Positions 17,270 to 26,507 of a DNA stretch of 64,000 bases are shown piece after piece; position 1 is the stretch's first letter; every line of letters starts with the position of its first letter. The stretch lies in the NCBI GenBank assembly GCA_910579215.1, contig CAJTTN010000006.1, positions 57,376-121,375 of the forward strand, given 5' to 3'. This DNA comes from an uncultured Anaeroplasmataceae bacterium (GTDB lineage: Bacteria; Bacillota_I; Bacilli_A; Acholeplasmatales; Anaeroplasmataceae). The translations under genes were made by a program, and so were the position numbers. The notes beneath the pieces are model-generated. The model worked only from the letters and a program-made list of their open reading frames with translations. It did not search any database and was not told the DNA's origin.

Positions 17270-20215
17270 GTGCAGCTAATGAAGGGCTTTTTATATGGTC
17301 AAACAGAATATAATTTATTAAATAATTCTATTCATTTAAAGGATTATATAGAGGCTGCTAAGGCTGCCAATTTTACTTTTCTTTCAATGACTGATAAATA
17401 TATGTATGGTAGCTATAAATTTTATCAGGAGTGTGTGAAAAATAATCTTAGTCCTATTATAGGTATTGAAATCGAATATATGGATGAGGATAGTCTTATC
17501 AGCAAGCTTTTAGCCTATGCTATGAATGAGGAAGGATACAAGAATTTATTGAAAATAAGTTCCTTTCTAGCTATAAATGAAAAACCTTTTGGATTGGATT
17601 TTCTTTCCTCCTACAAATCAGGTTTATCCTTTATAATGGTATTTAATGAGTCCATATTAGAAAGGTATCTGTATTCCAAGGCAACGAATGAACTGAAAAA
17701 TAAACTTATAAGCTTAAATCAAAGTTTTTCCTTTTATGTGGGATATTCCTATACAAATCGTTTGGATCGATTAAATGAGAATCAAAGCATATGCAAAATA
17801 GCTTTGGAGTTAGGTGTAAAAACTATTCCTTTGCATAATTGTCGATATTTGATTGAAGAGGACATTCAGGTTTATGAGGCTTTAACTCAAATAGGTGGAC
17901 ATGCTAAAGAAATTAAGGATTATGAAGATTATAGCTTTGATAATCACCCGTTAATAACAGAAGAGCTTACTAATTTTATTAATCAAATTCACTTGAATTT
18001 GTATCCTAAAAAATTTTATTTGCCCTCTTATCCGAATACAAAAGGAGAAAGTGCCATATCCTATTTAAATGCTTTATGTGCAAAGGGACTATACCGTCGA
18101 TGTCAAGGAAGAGTAAAACCAGAATATCAAAATAGATTAAATTACGAGCTTTCTGTAATTGAAAAAATGGGATTTAGTGATTATTTTTTAATCGTTTGGG
18201 ATTTTATTCGTCATGCGAAAAAAAATAATATTTTGGTGGGTCCTGGTCGTGGTTCTGCGGCAGGCTCCTTAGTATCCTATTGCTTAGGCATCACGGATAT
18301 AGATCCTTTAAAATATGATTTATTGTTTGAAAGGTTTTTAAATCCAGAGCGTATTAGTATGCCAGATATTGATACAGATTTTCCTGATACTTACCGCGAT
18401 GAAATTATTCAATATGTTAACCAATTATATGGAGCTAAGCATGTATGCTACATTTCAGCTTTCAATACATTTCAAATTAAATCCTCTATTCGTGATTTAG
18501 GTAGAATTCAGAAGATTGATACCTCAAGATTAAATGAAATTATTCGTATGGTTGAAGCTAATCCTAATTATGACGAGCTTTTACAGCAATTTATTTCAAG
18601 ACCAGAGCTTTATAAATTTCTCTATATTATTCGTGGATTAGATGGGCTGCCAAGGCATATCTCTACCCATGCTGCTGGTATTATTATTTGTTCTACACCA
18701 CTAGATGACATTATCCCTTTACAGTTAGGCTTGAATCATGTTTATCAATCTCAATTTGAAGCTACAGATTTAGAAAAAATCGGTTTGTTAAAGATGGATT
18801 TTTTAGGAATTCGTAACCTGACTATAATTGATGAAATTCTTAAGAATATTCCAGATTTTACTATGGAAAGACTTAGGGCTATTCCCTTAAATGATAAAAA
18901 TACATTTACATTGTTACAAAAAGCAGATACACTAGGGGTATTTCAATTAGAATCTGAGGGGATTCGTCGTGTATTATTAAATTTAAAACCTGAACGATTT
19001 GATGATATAGTAGCTGTTTTAGCTTTATATCGACCAGGACCGATGGAGAATATTGATGAATTTATTGCAAGGCGACATGGTAAGCCATTTACTTATGAGC
19101 ATCCAGTTTTAGAGCCTATTTTAAAAAGTACTTATGGCATTATAGTTTATCAAGAACAAATTATGCAAATTGCTCAAAGTTTTGCTAATTTTACACTAGG
19201 TCAAGCTGATTTGCTACGAAGAGCAATTTCTAAAAAGGATGAAGCTCAGCTAAAGGCACAAGAAACAGCATTTCTTAATGGAGCTATGAATCGTGGGCAC
19301 TCTTTAGAAACAGCCAAGCAAATCTACAGATATTTCTTAAAATTTAATAACTATGGGTTCAATAAATCTCATGCTGTTGCGTATGGTTTGGTTTCCTATC
19401 AAATGGCCTATTTGAAAGCAAATTACTTTAAAATTTTCATTTCTAAAATATTGAATAATGTCATAGGTGCTACTAAAACTATGGTAAGCTATATTCAATA
19501 TGCTAAGGCACATCATGTTATAACCTATAAGCCGAATATAAATATTTCTACGAATCAATTTGAGGTAACAAAATTAGGGATGTTTATGCCCCTGCAGGCA
19601 ATTCATTCTATAGGAGAATCAACTACTCAAGAAATTGTTAGAGAAAGAAAGAAAAATGGTTTATTTAAAAACATTTCAGATTTAAGGGAACGTACAAATA
19701 TCAATGAATCCATAATGGAAGCATTAATTTATAGTGGAGCCTTAGATGGGTTTGGTATGACGAAAAAGCAAATGATAGAGGCTAAGGATTCATTGAATGA
19801 AATTTTTGCAAGACATTTAGAAGATAAAATTGAAGATGTGACAGAATTTGAGTTTTCCCATCTGCAAAAAATGGAATTACATTATTTGGGCTTTAATTTG
19901 TCTTATGACATATTCATAAATTTAGAGCCTTTACAAAGAAGCTTTCAAGCAGGATATTTAAATCAAAAAACGGGGCGTGCTATTGGCGCTTTTGAGGATT
20001 CTAAGCAAATCATGACAAAAAAGAATGAACCTATGCTTGTTGGTAAATTTAAAGATAGCTTTTCTGTTTTAAATGTTGTAATATTTCCTACGGAATATAA
20101 AAGGCTGCAGTTTGAAATAAAGGAGAATAAATTATATTGTATAGACTATACTATTCGGTTAGATGAAAAGACAAAAAAAGAACAGCTTATTATTAAAAAT
20201 GTGATAGAGTGCTAG
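17270..20215 (+). CDS. dnaE: DNA polymerase III alpha subunit DnaE (short form, 981 aa)
   Basis: GPGRGSAAGSLVSYCLGITDIDP palm motif, PDIDTDF, fingers region. The N-terminal PHP region lacks the usual His cluster. Length is ~150 aa shorter than typical DnaE. Confidence 0.85.
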   Translation: MQLMKGFLYGQTEYNLLNNSIHLKDYIEAAKAANFTFLSMTDKYMYGSYKFYQECVKNNLSPIIGIEIEYMDEDSLISKLLAYAMNEEGYKNLLKISSFLAINEKPFGLDFLSSYKSGLSFIMVFNESILERYLYSKATNELKNKLISLNQSFSFYVGYSYTNRLDRLNENQSICKIALELGVKTIPLHNCRYLIEEDIQVYEALTQIGGHAKEIKDYEDYSFDNHPLITEELTNFINQIHLNLYPKKFYLPSYPNTKGESAISYLNALCAKGLYRRCQGRVKPEYQNRLNYELSVIEKMGFSDYFLIVWDFIRHAKKNNILVGPGRGSAAGSLVSYCLGITDIDPLKYDLLFERFLNPERISMPDIDTDFPDTYRDEIIQYVNQLYGAKHVCYISAFNTFQIKSSIRDLGRIQKIDTSRLNEIIRMVEANPNYDELLQQFISRPELYKFLYIIRGLDGLPRHISTHAAGIIICSTPLDDIIPLQLGLNHVYQSQFEATDLEKIGLLKMDFLGIRNLTIIDEILKNIPDFTMERLRAIPLNDKNTFTLLQKADTLGVFQLESEGIRRVLLNLKPERFDDIVAVLALYRPGPMENIDEFIARRHGKPFTYEHPVLEPILKSTYGIIVYQEQIMQIAQSFANFTLGQADLLRRAISKKDEAQLKAQETAFLNGAMNRGHSLETAKQIYRYFLKFNNYGFNKSHAVAYGLVSYQMAYLKANYFKIFISKILNNVIGATKTMVSYIQYAKAHHVITYKPNINISTNQFEVTKLGMFMPLQAIHSIGESTTQEIVRERKKNGLFKNISDLRERTNINESIMEALIYSGALDGFGMTKKQMIEAKDSLNEIFARHLEDKIEDVTEFEFSHLQKMELHYLGFNLSYDIFINLEPLQRSFQAGYLNQKTGRAIGAFEDSKQIMTKKNEPMLVGKFKDSFSVLNVVIFPTEYKRLQFEIKENKLYCIDYTIRLDEKTKKEQLIIKNVIEC

Positions 20216-20245
20216 GCTCTATCATATTTTTAATTAGGTGATAAA

Positions 20246-21334
20246 ATGGAAACTTGCTATGTTTATCGAAAAGAACTTTCTCATGAGGAATTGTTGCACA
20301 TTTATGAAACCAAGCTTCATGAAAATCCTAAATTTTCATATGAATTTGAGGCAAATCATATATCTATTGCACAAGGATTCTGGGTATATCCCATATTTGA
20401 TGCAAGTATTAAAAATTTACAATATCTAACCTTGAGAAATGGGAAACAGCAATCGGGAGTAATTGATATAAATTGTAATATGGTTTCGAGAGACTTTTTA
20501 ATTAGAGAATTATCAACAAAACAATTTACAATGGAAGAACATGCTATTCAAGAGTATGTTATTTTTAACCTGAAGGATGTTGAGGAGTATGAAAAAGAAT
20601 TTATCAATCGTATTCTTGAAAAGGCTAAAAAATCAATTTGCAAAAGACATAATTTAATTTATACCGATAGAGCTAATGATATGGATATTTCTCCTATTAA
20701 GGATTTTAAAATTTTAGATAAGAAATACATGTTAGAAGAAATCTATTGTATAGATTATTTTGAGAAGGGAAAGAAAAAGCCCTGGAAAAGCTTTTATTCT
20801 ACAATCCATGATGATTTCTATAGTTTAGATTATTGTAAATCAAAGGAATTTGAACTCTATTACAAAACCTTTAAAAGACCTGTTGTCTATATTCCTAAGG
20901 ATTACTATGATCTCTATTATGATTTATCTTTTCAGGTATATTTAGAAACTACAGAGGAACTCAAATATATCAAAACCTCTCAACTACTATCCAAGCTTAG
21001 AAAAAATGTAAAATTTAAAGAATATACAAAATATAAGGATTATTTAAATCAATTAATTTTTTATTATCGTAAAAAGGAGTACTTAAGAGAATTTCAAAAT
21101 CCTTTTACAGACTTTAGAGGTGAAATATTTTATTATTATTTGACTTTAAAATATAATTCGTTAAGTGGATATAAATTAGCTGAATTAGTTTCTAGTCATG
21201 TATTAGAGGATAATTATTTAAAATTATTAGAGATTTCTGCTAGACAGGAAAATACGCTAGCTAAAAAAACTCTTTTTGAATACTATTCAGAGCCGTATAG
21301 CTATAGTGATTATCAATTGAGACGCTATTCTTAG
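20246..21334 (+). CDS. Hypothetical protein (362 aa, Tyr/Lys/Glu-rich, no recognisable domain)
   Basis: Long ORF with an AGGTGA SD. No motif I recognise. Confidence 0.45.
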   Translation: METCYVYRKELSHEELLHIYETKLHENPKFSYEFEANHISIAQGFWVYPIFDASIKNLQYLTLRNGKQQSGVIDINCNMVSRDFLIRELSTKQFTMEEHAIQEYVIFNLKDVEEYEKEFINRILEKAKKSICKRHNLIYTDRANDMDISPIKDFKILDKKYMLEEIYCIDYFEKGKKKPWKSFYSTIHDDFYSLDYCKSKEFELYYKTFKRPVVYIPKDYYDLYYDLSFQVYLETTEELKYIKTSQLLSKLRKNVKFKEYTKYKDYLNQLIFYYRKKEYLREFQNPFTDFRGEIFYYYLTLKYNSLSGYKLAELVSSHVLEDNYLKLLEISARQENTLAKKTLFEYYSEPYSYSDYQLRRYS

Positions 21335-21362
21335 GTATTGCATATATTAAAATGGTGGTTCT

Positions 21363-21578
21363 ATGAAAATTACATATTTTATTTTTTGTCTAATTTGCTT
21401 ATTTCTTTTTATTTTTATAAATATGTTTCATCCATATTTTGTAATTCAGCGTATGCAAAGAAAAGTTTTACGGAAAGAATATCAATATAAGTGTATAATC
21501 CTTTTACCGAGTTTTATATTATTTTTCATGCTAGAGTGCCTGTTTATTTTTTTACTTATTTTAGAATTTTTTAAATAA
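21363..21578 (+). CDS. Small hypothetical membrane protein (71 aa, two hydrophobic helices)
   Basis: IFCLICLFLFIFINMF and ILLPSFILFFMLECLFIFLLIL. Weak call. Confidence 0.3.
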   Translation: MKITYFIFCLICLFLFIFINMFHPYFVIQRMQRKVLRKEYQYKCIILLPSFILFFMLECLFIFLLILEFFK

Positions 21579-21717
21579 GGTGAAAGAAAAAAAGAAGAAG
21601 GTAGAAAAAATAATTTTTTGTAATACGCTTTCTAATAATTTTATTTGAAATAAAAGCATAATAATGATATAATGAAGTGTAAAAAAAATAGCTTTATTTT
21701 TGGAGGAATAATTAAAT

Positions 21718-22908
21718 ATGGCTAAAAAAATTGTATCAGATTTAAATGTAAAAGGAAAAAAAGTTTTAATTCGTGTGGATTTTAATGTTCCAATGAAGGA
21801 TGGAGTAATCACAGATGACACACGTATCCGTGCAGCTTTACCAACGATTGAATATGTAGTAAATCATGGCGGTAAGGCAATTGTTTTCTCTCATTTGGGA
21901 CGCGTTAAAGAAGAAACTGATTTAGCAAAAAATGATTTGACCGTAGTAGCAAAAAGATTAGAAAGCTTATTAAACAAGCCTGTGAATTTTGTAAATGCGA
22001 CTCGTGGAAAAGCCTTAGAGGATGCAGCTTCTAAGCTTGGTGAGGGTGAAATATTAATGTTCCAAAACACCAGATATGAGGATTTAGATGGCAAGAAGGA
22101 ATCTAAAAATGACCCTGAGCTAGGGAAATATTGGGCTTCTTTAGGTGATGTATTTGTTAATGATGCGTTTGGTACTGCTCATCGTGCTGCTGCATCAAAT
22201 GTTGGTATTGCAGCAAATGTAAGTGAGACTGCAGCCGGCTTCCTTCTTGAAAAGGAAATTAAATATATTGGCGGTGCTGTTGATGAACCTGTTCGTCCTT
22301 ACATTGCTATTTTGGGTGGTGCAAAGGTTTCTGATAAGATTGGTGTTATTGAAGCACTTTGTGAGAAAGCCGATAAGATTTTAATAGGTGGTGCTATGAT
22401 GTTCACCTTCTTAAAGGCTTTAGGAAAAAATATTGGTGCCTCTAAATGTGAAGAGGATAAGCTTGATCTAGCTAAGGAGCTTTTAGCAAAGGCTGGATCT
22501 AAATTGGTATTGCCAGTAGATACTGTATGTGCTAAGGAATTTGCAGATGTACCTGGAACTGTGAAGTCTGTTGATGCGTTAGCTGCAGATGACATGGGCT
22601 TAGATATCGGACCTAAAACATTAGAGCTATTTGCTTCTGTATTAGCTGGTGCTAAAACGGTAGTATGGAATGGACCAATGGGCGTATTTGAAATGAAGAA
22701 TTATGCTGCAGGAACCATAGGAGTTTGTGAATTACTTGCGAATCTTGAGGGTGCTAATACAATCATTGGTGGTGGAGATTCTGCTGCAGCAGCTGAAAGT
22801 CTAGGCTATGCAGATAAGATGTCACATATATCAACTGGTGGTGGTGCTTCTTTAGAATATTTAGAGGGAAAGGTATTACCAGGAATTGCTTGTGTTGATG
22901 AATTATAA
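21718..22908 (+). CDS. pgk: Phosphoglycerate kinase
   Basis: RVDFNVP, FSHLGRP-like (FSHLGRV), GGGASLEY signatures. GGAGG SD. Confidence 0.95.
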   Translation: MAKKIVSDLNVKGKKVLIRVDFNVPMKDGVITDDTRIRAALPTIEYVVNHGGKAIVFSHLGRVKEETDLAKNDLTVVAKRLESLLNKPVNFVNATRGKALEDAASKLGEGEILMFQNTRYEDLDGKKESKNDPELGKYWASLGDVFVNDAFGTAHRAAASNVGIAANVSETAAGFLLEKEIKYIGGAVDEPVRPYIAILGGAKVSDKIGVIEALCEKADKILIGGAMMFTFLKALGKNIGASKCEEDKLDLAKELLAKAGSKLVLPVDTVCAKEFADVPGTVKSVDALAADDMGLDIGPKTLELFASVLAGAKTVVWNGPMGVFEMKNYAAGTIGVCELLANLEGANTIIGGGDSAAAAESLGYADKMSHISTGGGASLEYLEGKVLPGIACVDEL

Positions 22909-22929
22909 AAAATAAGGAGAAATGGAAAA

Positions 22930-23178
22930 ATGCAAAAACAAATTGTAGTAAAAAGCACGGTAGGTTTACATGCGAGCTTGGCTGCGAAGGTGGTTCAGGC
23001 AGCATCTAAATATTCTGTAGATATTAATTTACATTATCATAATAAGGTAATAGATGTAAAATCAATATTGGGATTGATGTCTTTGGCTATACCTAGAGGA
23101 GAAAATGTTGTAATTGAGGCTACAGGGGATCAGGCTGAGGCTGCAATTCATGATATTGCATCTATCCTTGAAAAATAA
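22930..23178 (+). CDS. HPr-family phosphocarrier protein (HPr/Crh-like) embedded between pgk and tpiA
   Basis: 82 aa. VGLHASLAAK (His15 region, cf. GLHARPA) and KSILGLMSLAI (Ser46 region) are both conserved. Confidence 0.75.
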   Translation: MQKQIVVKSTVGLHASLAAKVVQAASKYSVDINLHYHNKVIDVKSILGLMSLAIPRGENVVIEATGDQAEAAIHDIASILEK

Positions 23179-23199
23179 TAGATTTAGAGGAAATAAGTT

Positions 23200-23955
23200 A
23201 TGAGAAAACCCGTAATGGCTGGAAATTGGAAGATGAATAAAACGCGTGACGAGGCTTTAGAATTCATTTATGCCGTAAGTGATAAGTTGCCAAGTCAGAA
23301 GCAATTAGATTCTATCATATGTGCTCCAGCAGTCATTTTAAGAGATTTAGTTAAAAGAAAGGGAGATTCATTAAAAATAGGCGCTCAAAATGTTCATTTT
23401 GCAGAAAGTGGTGCCTATACTGGTGAAATTTCACCTGCTATGCTTACAACTACAGGTGTAGAATATGTAATTATAGGACATAGTGAAAGAAGGGCCTATT
23501 TCAATGAAACAGATGAAACTGTAAATTTGAAAATAAAGGCAGCTTTAGCTAATGATTTAAAGCCTATTGTTTGTTGTGGAGAATCCTTAGAGGAAAGAGA
23601 AAGTGGTCAAACACATGAGGTGTTGAAAAGACAAATCTCTAAAGCCTTAGAAGAAATTTCTAGCGAAAGCTTAAGTAATGTTATCATTGCTTATGAGCCA
23701 ATTTGGGCGATTGGAACAGGAAAGGTTGCATCTGATGAAATGGCTGATGAAGCTTGTGGCTATATTCGTTCCTTGATTGCTTCCTTATATTGTGCAGCAT
23801 GTGCAGAAGAAATACGTATCCTTTATGGAGGGTCTGTATCTACAAAAACAGTAAGTGGTCTTATGGCACAGCCAAATATTGATGGTGGCTTGGTTGGTGG
23901 AGCTTCTCTTAAGGCAGATAGCTTTATAGAGCTTTGTGCAAAAGCAGCTGAATAA
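23200..23955 (+). CDS. tpiA: Triosephosphate isomerase
   Basis: MRKPVMAGNWKMN, IGHSERR, AYEPIWAIGTG, GGSV signatures. Confidence 0.95.
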   Translation: MRKPVMAGNWKMNKTRDEALEFIYAVSDKLPSQKQLDSIICAPAVILRDLVKRKGDSLKIGAQNVHFAESGAYTGEISPAMLTTTGVEYVIIGHSERRAYFNETDETVNLKIKAALANDLKPIVCCGESLEERESGQTHEVLKRQISKALEEISSESLSNVIIAYEPIWAIGTGKVASDEMADEACGYIRSLIASLYCAACAEEIRILYGGSVSTKTVSGLMAQPNIDGGLVGGASLKADSFIELCAKAAE

Positions 23956-23964
23956 AAATATAAG

Positions 23965-23994
23965 TCTAGTGTAGAAATGCACTAGATTTTTTTT
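23965..23994 (+). terminator. Rho-independent terminator after tpiA
   Basis: tctagtg...cactaga hairpin followed by T9. Confidence 0.6.
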
Positions 23995-24049
23995 ATTGAT
24001 TTTACTTAGAAATTTGCTATAATAAAAATAAGAAAGTAGGGAAATAATT

Positions 24050-26374
24050 ATGAAAAAAATAGGCATCCTTTGGATGATTTTTATGGGATTATTTTTTGTT
24101 GGCTGTACACAAAAAGGCTTTACTGTTCAATTTGAGACGAATGGTCATGGCACCTTAGTTCAACCTTTAGAGGAAGTAGTAGAGTTACCTGCTGATTTGC
24201 CTACATTAACCGAGGAAGGCTGGAATTTTGAAGGCTGGTTTTGGGATAATAATACCTTCCAAAATTCTGCTAAGCCAAATCAAAGGATAAATGCAAATAC
24301 AATAGTATATGCAAAGTGGGTAGAGGATATAAAAACCTATACGGTTACTTATGTTACGAATGGTCATGGAATAGCACCTACGATCTTAAGTGAAGTAACA
24401 GCATTGCCAGATCAATTACCAGTATTAGAAGAAACTGGTTGGAGCTTCGGTGGTTGGTTTATGGATAATGGTTCCTTTCAAAAGGAAGCTTCAGCTAATC
24501 AAATACTATCTCAGGATATAACTTTGTATGCCAAATGGACGCAAAGGACTTATACTATAAGTTTTGTAAATAATGGACATGGAGAAAATTTAGAAAGCTT
24601 AAAGGATGTAACTGCTGTTCCAGAGGAATTACCCGTTTTAACGGAAGAGGGTTGGAGCTTTGAGGGTTGGTATTTAGATAATGAATCTTTTCTTAAGCCT
24701 GTAGAATTACAACAAAAGCTAACTGGGGATTTAAAGCTATATGCCAAATGGAGCTGGGTAGATCCAGACTCTACGTTAGAGGGATATGATTCTATTAAAA
24801 TTTTAGATGCAAAAATAAAGAAAAATCTTTCTGTGGATGGGTATGCTCAATTTGGAATTGAGGATTTTAAGCAATATTTAAATACAGATGCTTATAGAGT
24901 AGTGTCTACACCATTAGAGTTTTTACAAGCTCTTTCTGATGCTAAATATGATTATACAAATACATGGGATGAGGAAACAAAGACAGTTACTCAAAGCTTA
25001 AATAAAGCAGGAAGTGTTCATGTAATTGAAATAGCGAATGATTTGAATCTGGGCTATTTTAAATTAGGAGCTTCAGAAAAGGCAACAAATCTAGTTACCG
25101 ACTTTGCGAGCAATATGAATAAATTGAGTTCCTCACTTTGTATGTCAGACATGCTAAAGGAGAATGGAATTTCTCAAATAAAGATTGAAAATACATCAAA
25201 TCTTTTAATTTATTCTAAACATGGTGCTAAATTAACGCATTGTGGCTTTAAACTAACAAGTGATACAAATGTAATCTTTAGAAATTTAGAATTTGATGAG
25301 CTATGGCAGTGGGAGGATGCATTTGTGAATACTGCATCCAAAATTGGAGATTATGATTGGTTTGGTTGGGCATATTTTAAAATTTCCTTTTGTGGATTTA
25401 TTTGGATTGATCATTGTACCTTTGGAAAATCCTATGATGGTCAGATTGATTATGCCAATCCCGTATATAATGCAAATGCAGGAACTGCATTTCGTGCACC
25501 ATATGGAGGGAATGGAGAAAATGGTCTTCATATTTCATGGTGTAAGTTCAATGCAGGAAGTGATGATTCTTCTGGTTATCTTTACAAGATGATGGAGCAA
25601 ATAGAAAAAGAGTATCAGGAGGGAAAAAAGAATTATTTGTATTATAATGCTTTAAGGGATGCGAATATCAGCTTTGAGGACATTTTATATGGGTTAGCAA
25701 TTCCTCAGAAAAAAGGATTCCTTTGTGGGGATGATGCTAAGTTCTCTGGCTCCTATGAAACGGCTGATGATTATAATTTTAATTTGAGACTTAAAGTTTC
25801 CTTTGCGAACTGTATTTTTAAAAATTTAGAGGATCGACTTCCTAAGCTTAGAGGAGGAAACGCCTATCTTTATAATTGCTTAGTTGATAGCTCAGAATAT
25901 TATGGATATAGAACTAAGCTATTAAATGCTAATGCTAGAGGCATTGTAACAAGGGTAAATAGTGGTTGGAAATGTGCTCTTGTTAGTCAGGGTATTGTCT
26001 GTGGAAATGGTGGAAGTGTACAAGCAGAAAATACAATTTTCCGTGGTATTGATACCTTAATTAAGCACAATGATACGAAGAATGTTTCACCCTATGTGGA
26101 TGGTGGCTTTAGAATAAAGAATTGTAGTTATCAAAGAACAAATAATTCTATTGTATATGTTGGTTCATCAGATGATCCAGGTACAGCTTTTATTTCAAGT
26201 ATTCCTTCAAAATTAAACACAGCCAATTTTTCTTGGAAAACAGAGGATGAGTTGCCTCCATATGAGGTTCAATGCTTTGAATTAAATGAATTAGAAGCAA
26301 TTTTAAATCATTCTATCTATGGTTGTGGAACAACAATAGCATTACAACAGATGCTTTTAAAAAAACAATATTAA
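24050..26374 (+). CDS. Lipoprotein with three Listeria-Bacteroides (Flg_new) repeats and a C-terminal PL1 pectate-lyase-like beta-helix domain
   Basis: Lipobox FFVGC after the signal peptide. Three ~67-aa tandem repeats each ending ...LP.L.EEGW.F.GW..DN..F......(L)YAKW. Catalytic-region motifs WIDHCTF and RLPKLRGGNAYLYNCLV match the PL1 pectate lyase vWiDH / R.PR.R.G..H..NN signatures. Confidence 0.65.
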   Translation: MKKIGILWMIFMGLFFVGCTQKGFTVQFETNGHGTLVQPLEEVVELPADLPTLTEEGWNFEGWFWDNNTFQNSAKPNQRINANTIVYAKWVEDIKTYTVTYVTNGHGIAPTILSEVTALPDQLPVLEETGWSFGGWFMDNGSFQKEASANQILSQDITLYAKWTQRTYTISFVNNGHGENLESLKDVTAVPEELPVLTEEGWSFEGWYLDNESFLKPVELQQKLTGDLKLYAKWSWVDPDSTLEGYDSIKILDAKIKKNLSVDGYAQFGIEDFKQYLNTDAYRVVSTPLEFLQALSDAKYDYTNTWDEETKTVTQSLNKAGSVHVIEIANDLNLGYFKLGASEKATNLVTDFASNMNKLSSSLCMSDMLKENGISQIKIENTSNLLIYSKHGAKLTHCGFKLTSDTNVIFRNLEFDELWQWEDAFVNTASKIGDYDWFGWAYFKISFCGFIWIDHCTFGKSYDGQIDYANPVYNANAGTAFRAPYGGNGENGLHISWCKFNAGSDDSSGYLYKMMEQIEKEYQEGKKNYLYYNALRDANISFEDILYGLAIPQKKGFLCGDDAKFSGSYETADDYNFNLRLKVSFANCIFKNLEDRLPKLRGGNAYLYNCLVDSSEYYGYRTKLLNANARGIVTRVNSGWKCALVSQGIVCGNGGSVQAENTIFRGIDTLIKHNDTKNVSPYVDGGFRIKNCSYQRTNNSIVYVGSSDDPGTAFISSIPSKLNTANFSWKTEDELPPYEVQCFELNELEAILNHSIYGCGTTIALQQMLLKKQY
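24119..24751 (+). repeat. Three tandem in-frame ~200-nt coding repeats (Flg_new modules) inside the lyase gene
   Basis: Repeat units at nt 24119-24319, 24338-24538 and 24551-24751. They encode FTVQFETNGHG...YAKW / YTVTYVTNGHG...YAKW / YTISFVNNGHG...YAKW. Confidence 0.8.
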
Positions 26375-26381
26375 AATAGAA

Positions 26382-26428
26382 GCAAATCTTTTACTTGTAT
26401 TGTAGAGGATTTGCTTTTTCTTTTTTTT
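26382..26428 (+). terminator. Rho-independent terminator after the lyase gene
   Basis: gcaaatc...gatttgc hairpin plus a long T-run. Confidence 0.6.
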
Positions 26429-26507
26429 AAAATAACAAAATAAAATTTAAATGAAACATAAATAATGTTACATTTTTGGTTAGAATATAAGTGAAGGAGC
26501 TGGAATT

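Noticed and set aside
20238-20429. 63-aa ORF overlapping the start of the 362-aa hypothetical gene in another frame
   Set aside because: It is out of frame relative to the longer ORF with a good SD (AGGTGA) and is a typical AT-rich artefact.
21600-21717. Possible cre (CcpA) site TGTAATACGCTTTCT upstream of pgk
   Set aside because: It matches the TGNAANCGNWNNCW consensus only with an indel. It is too weak to call.
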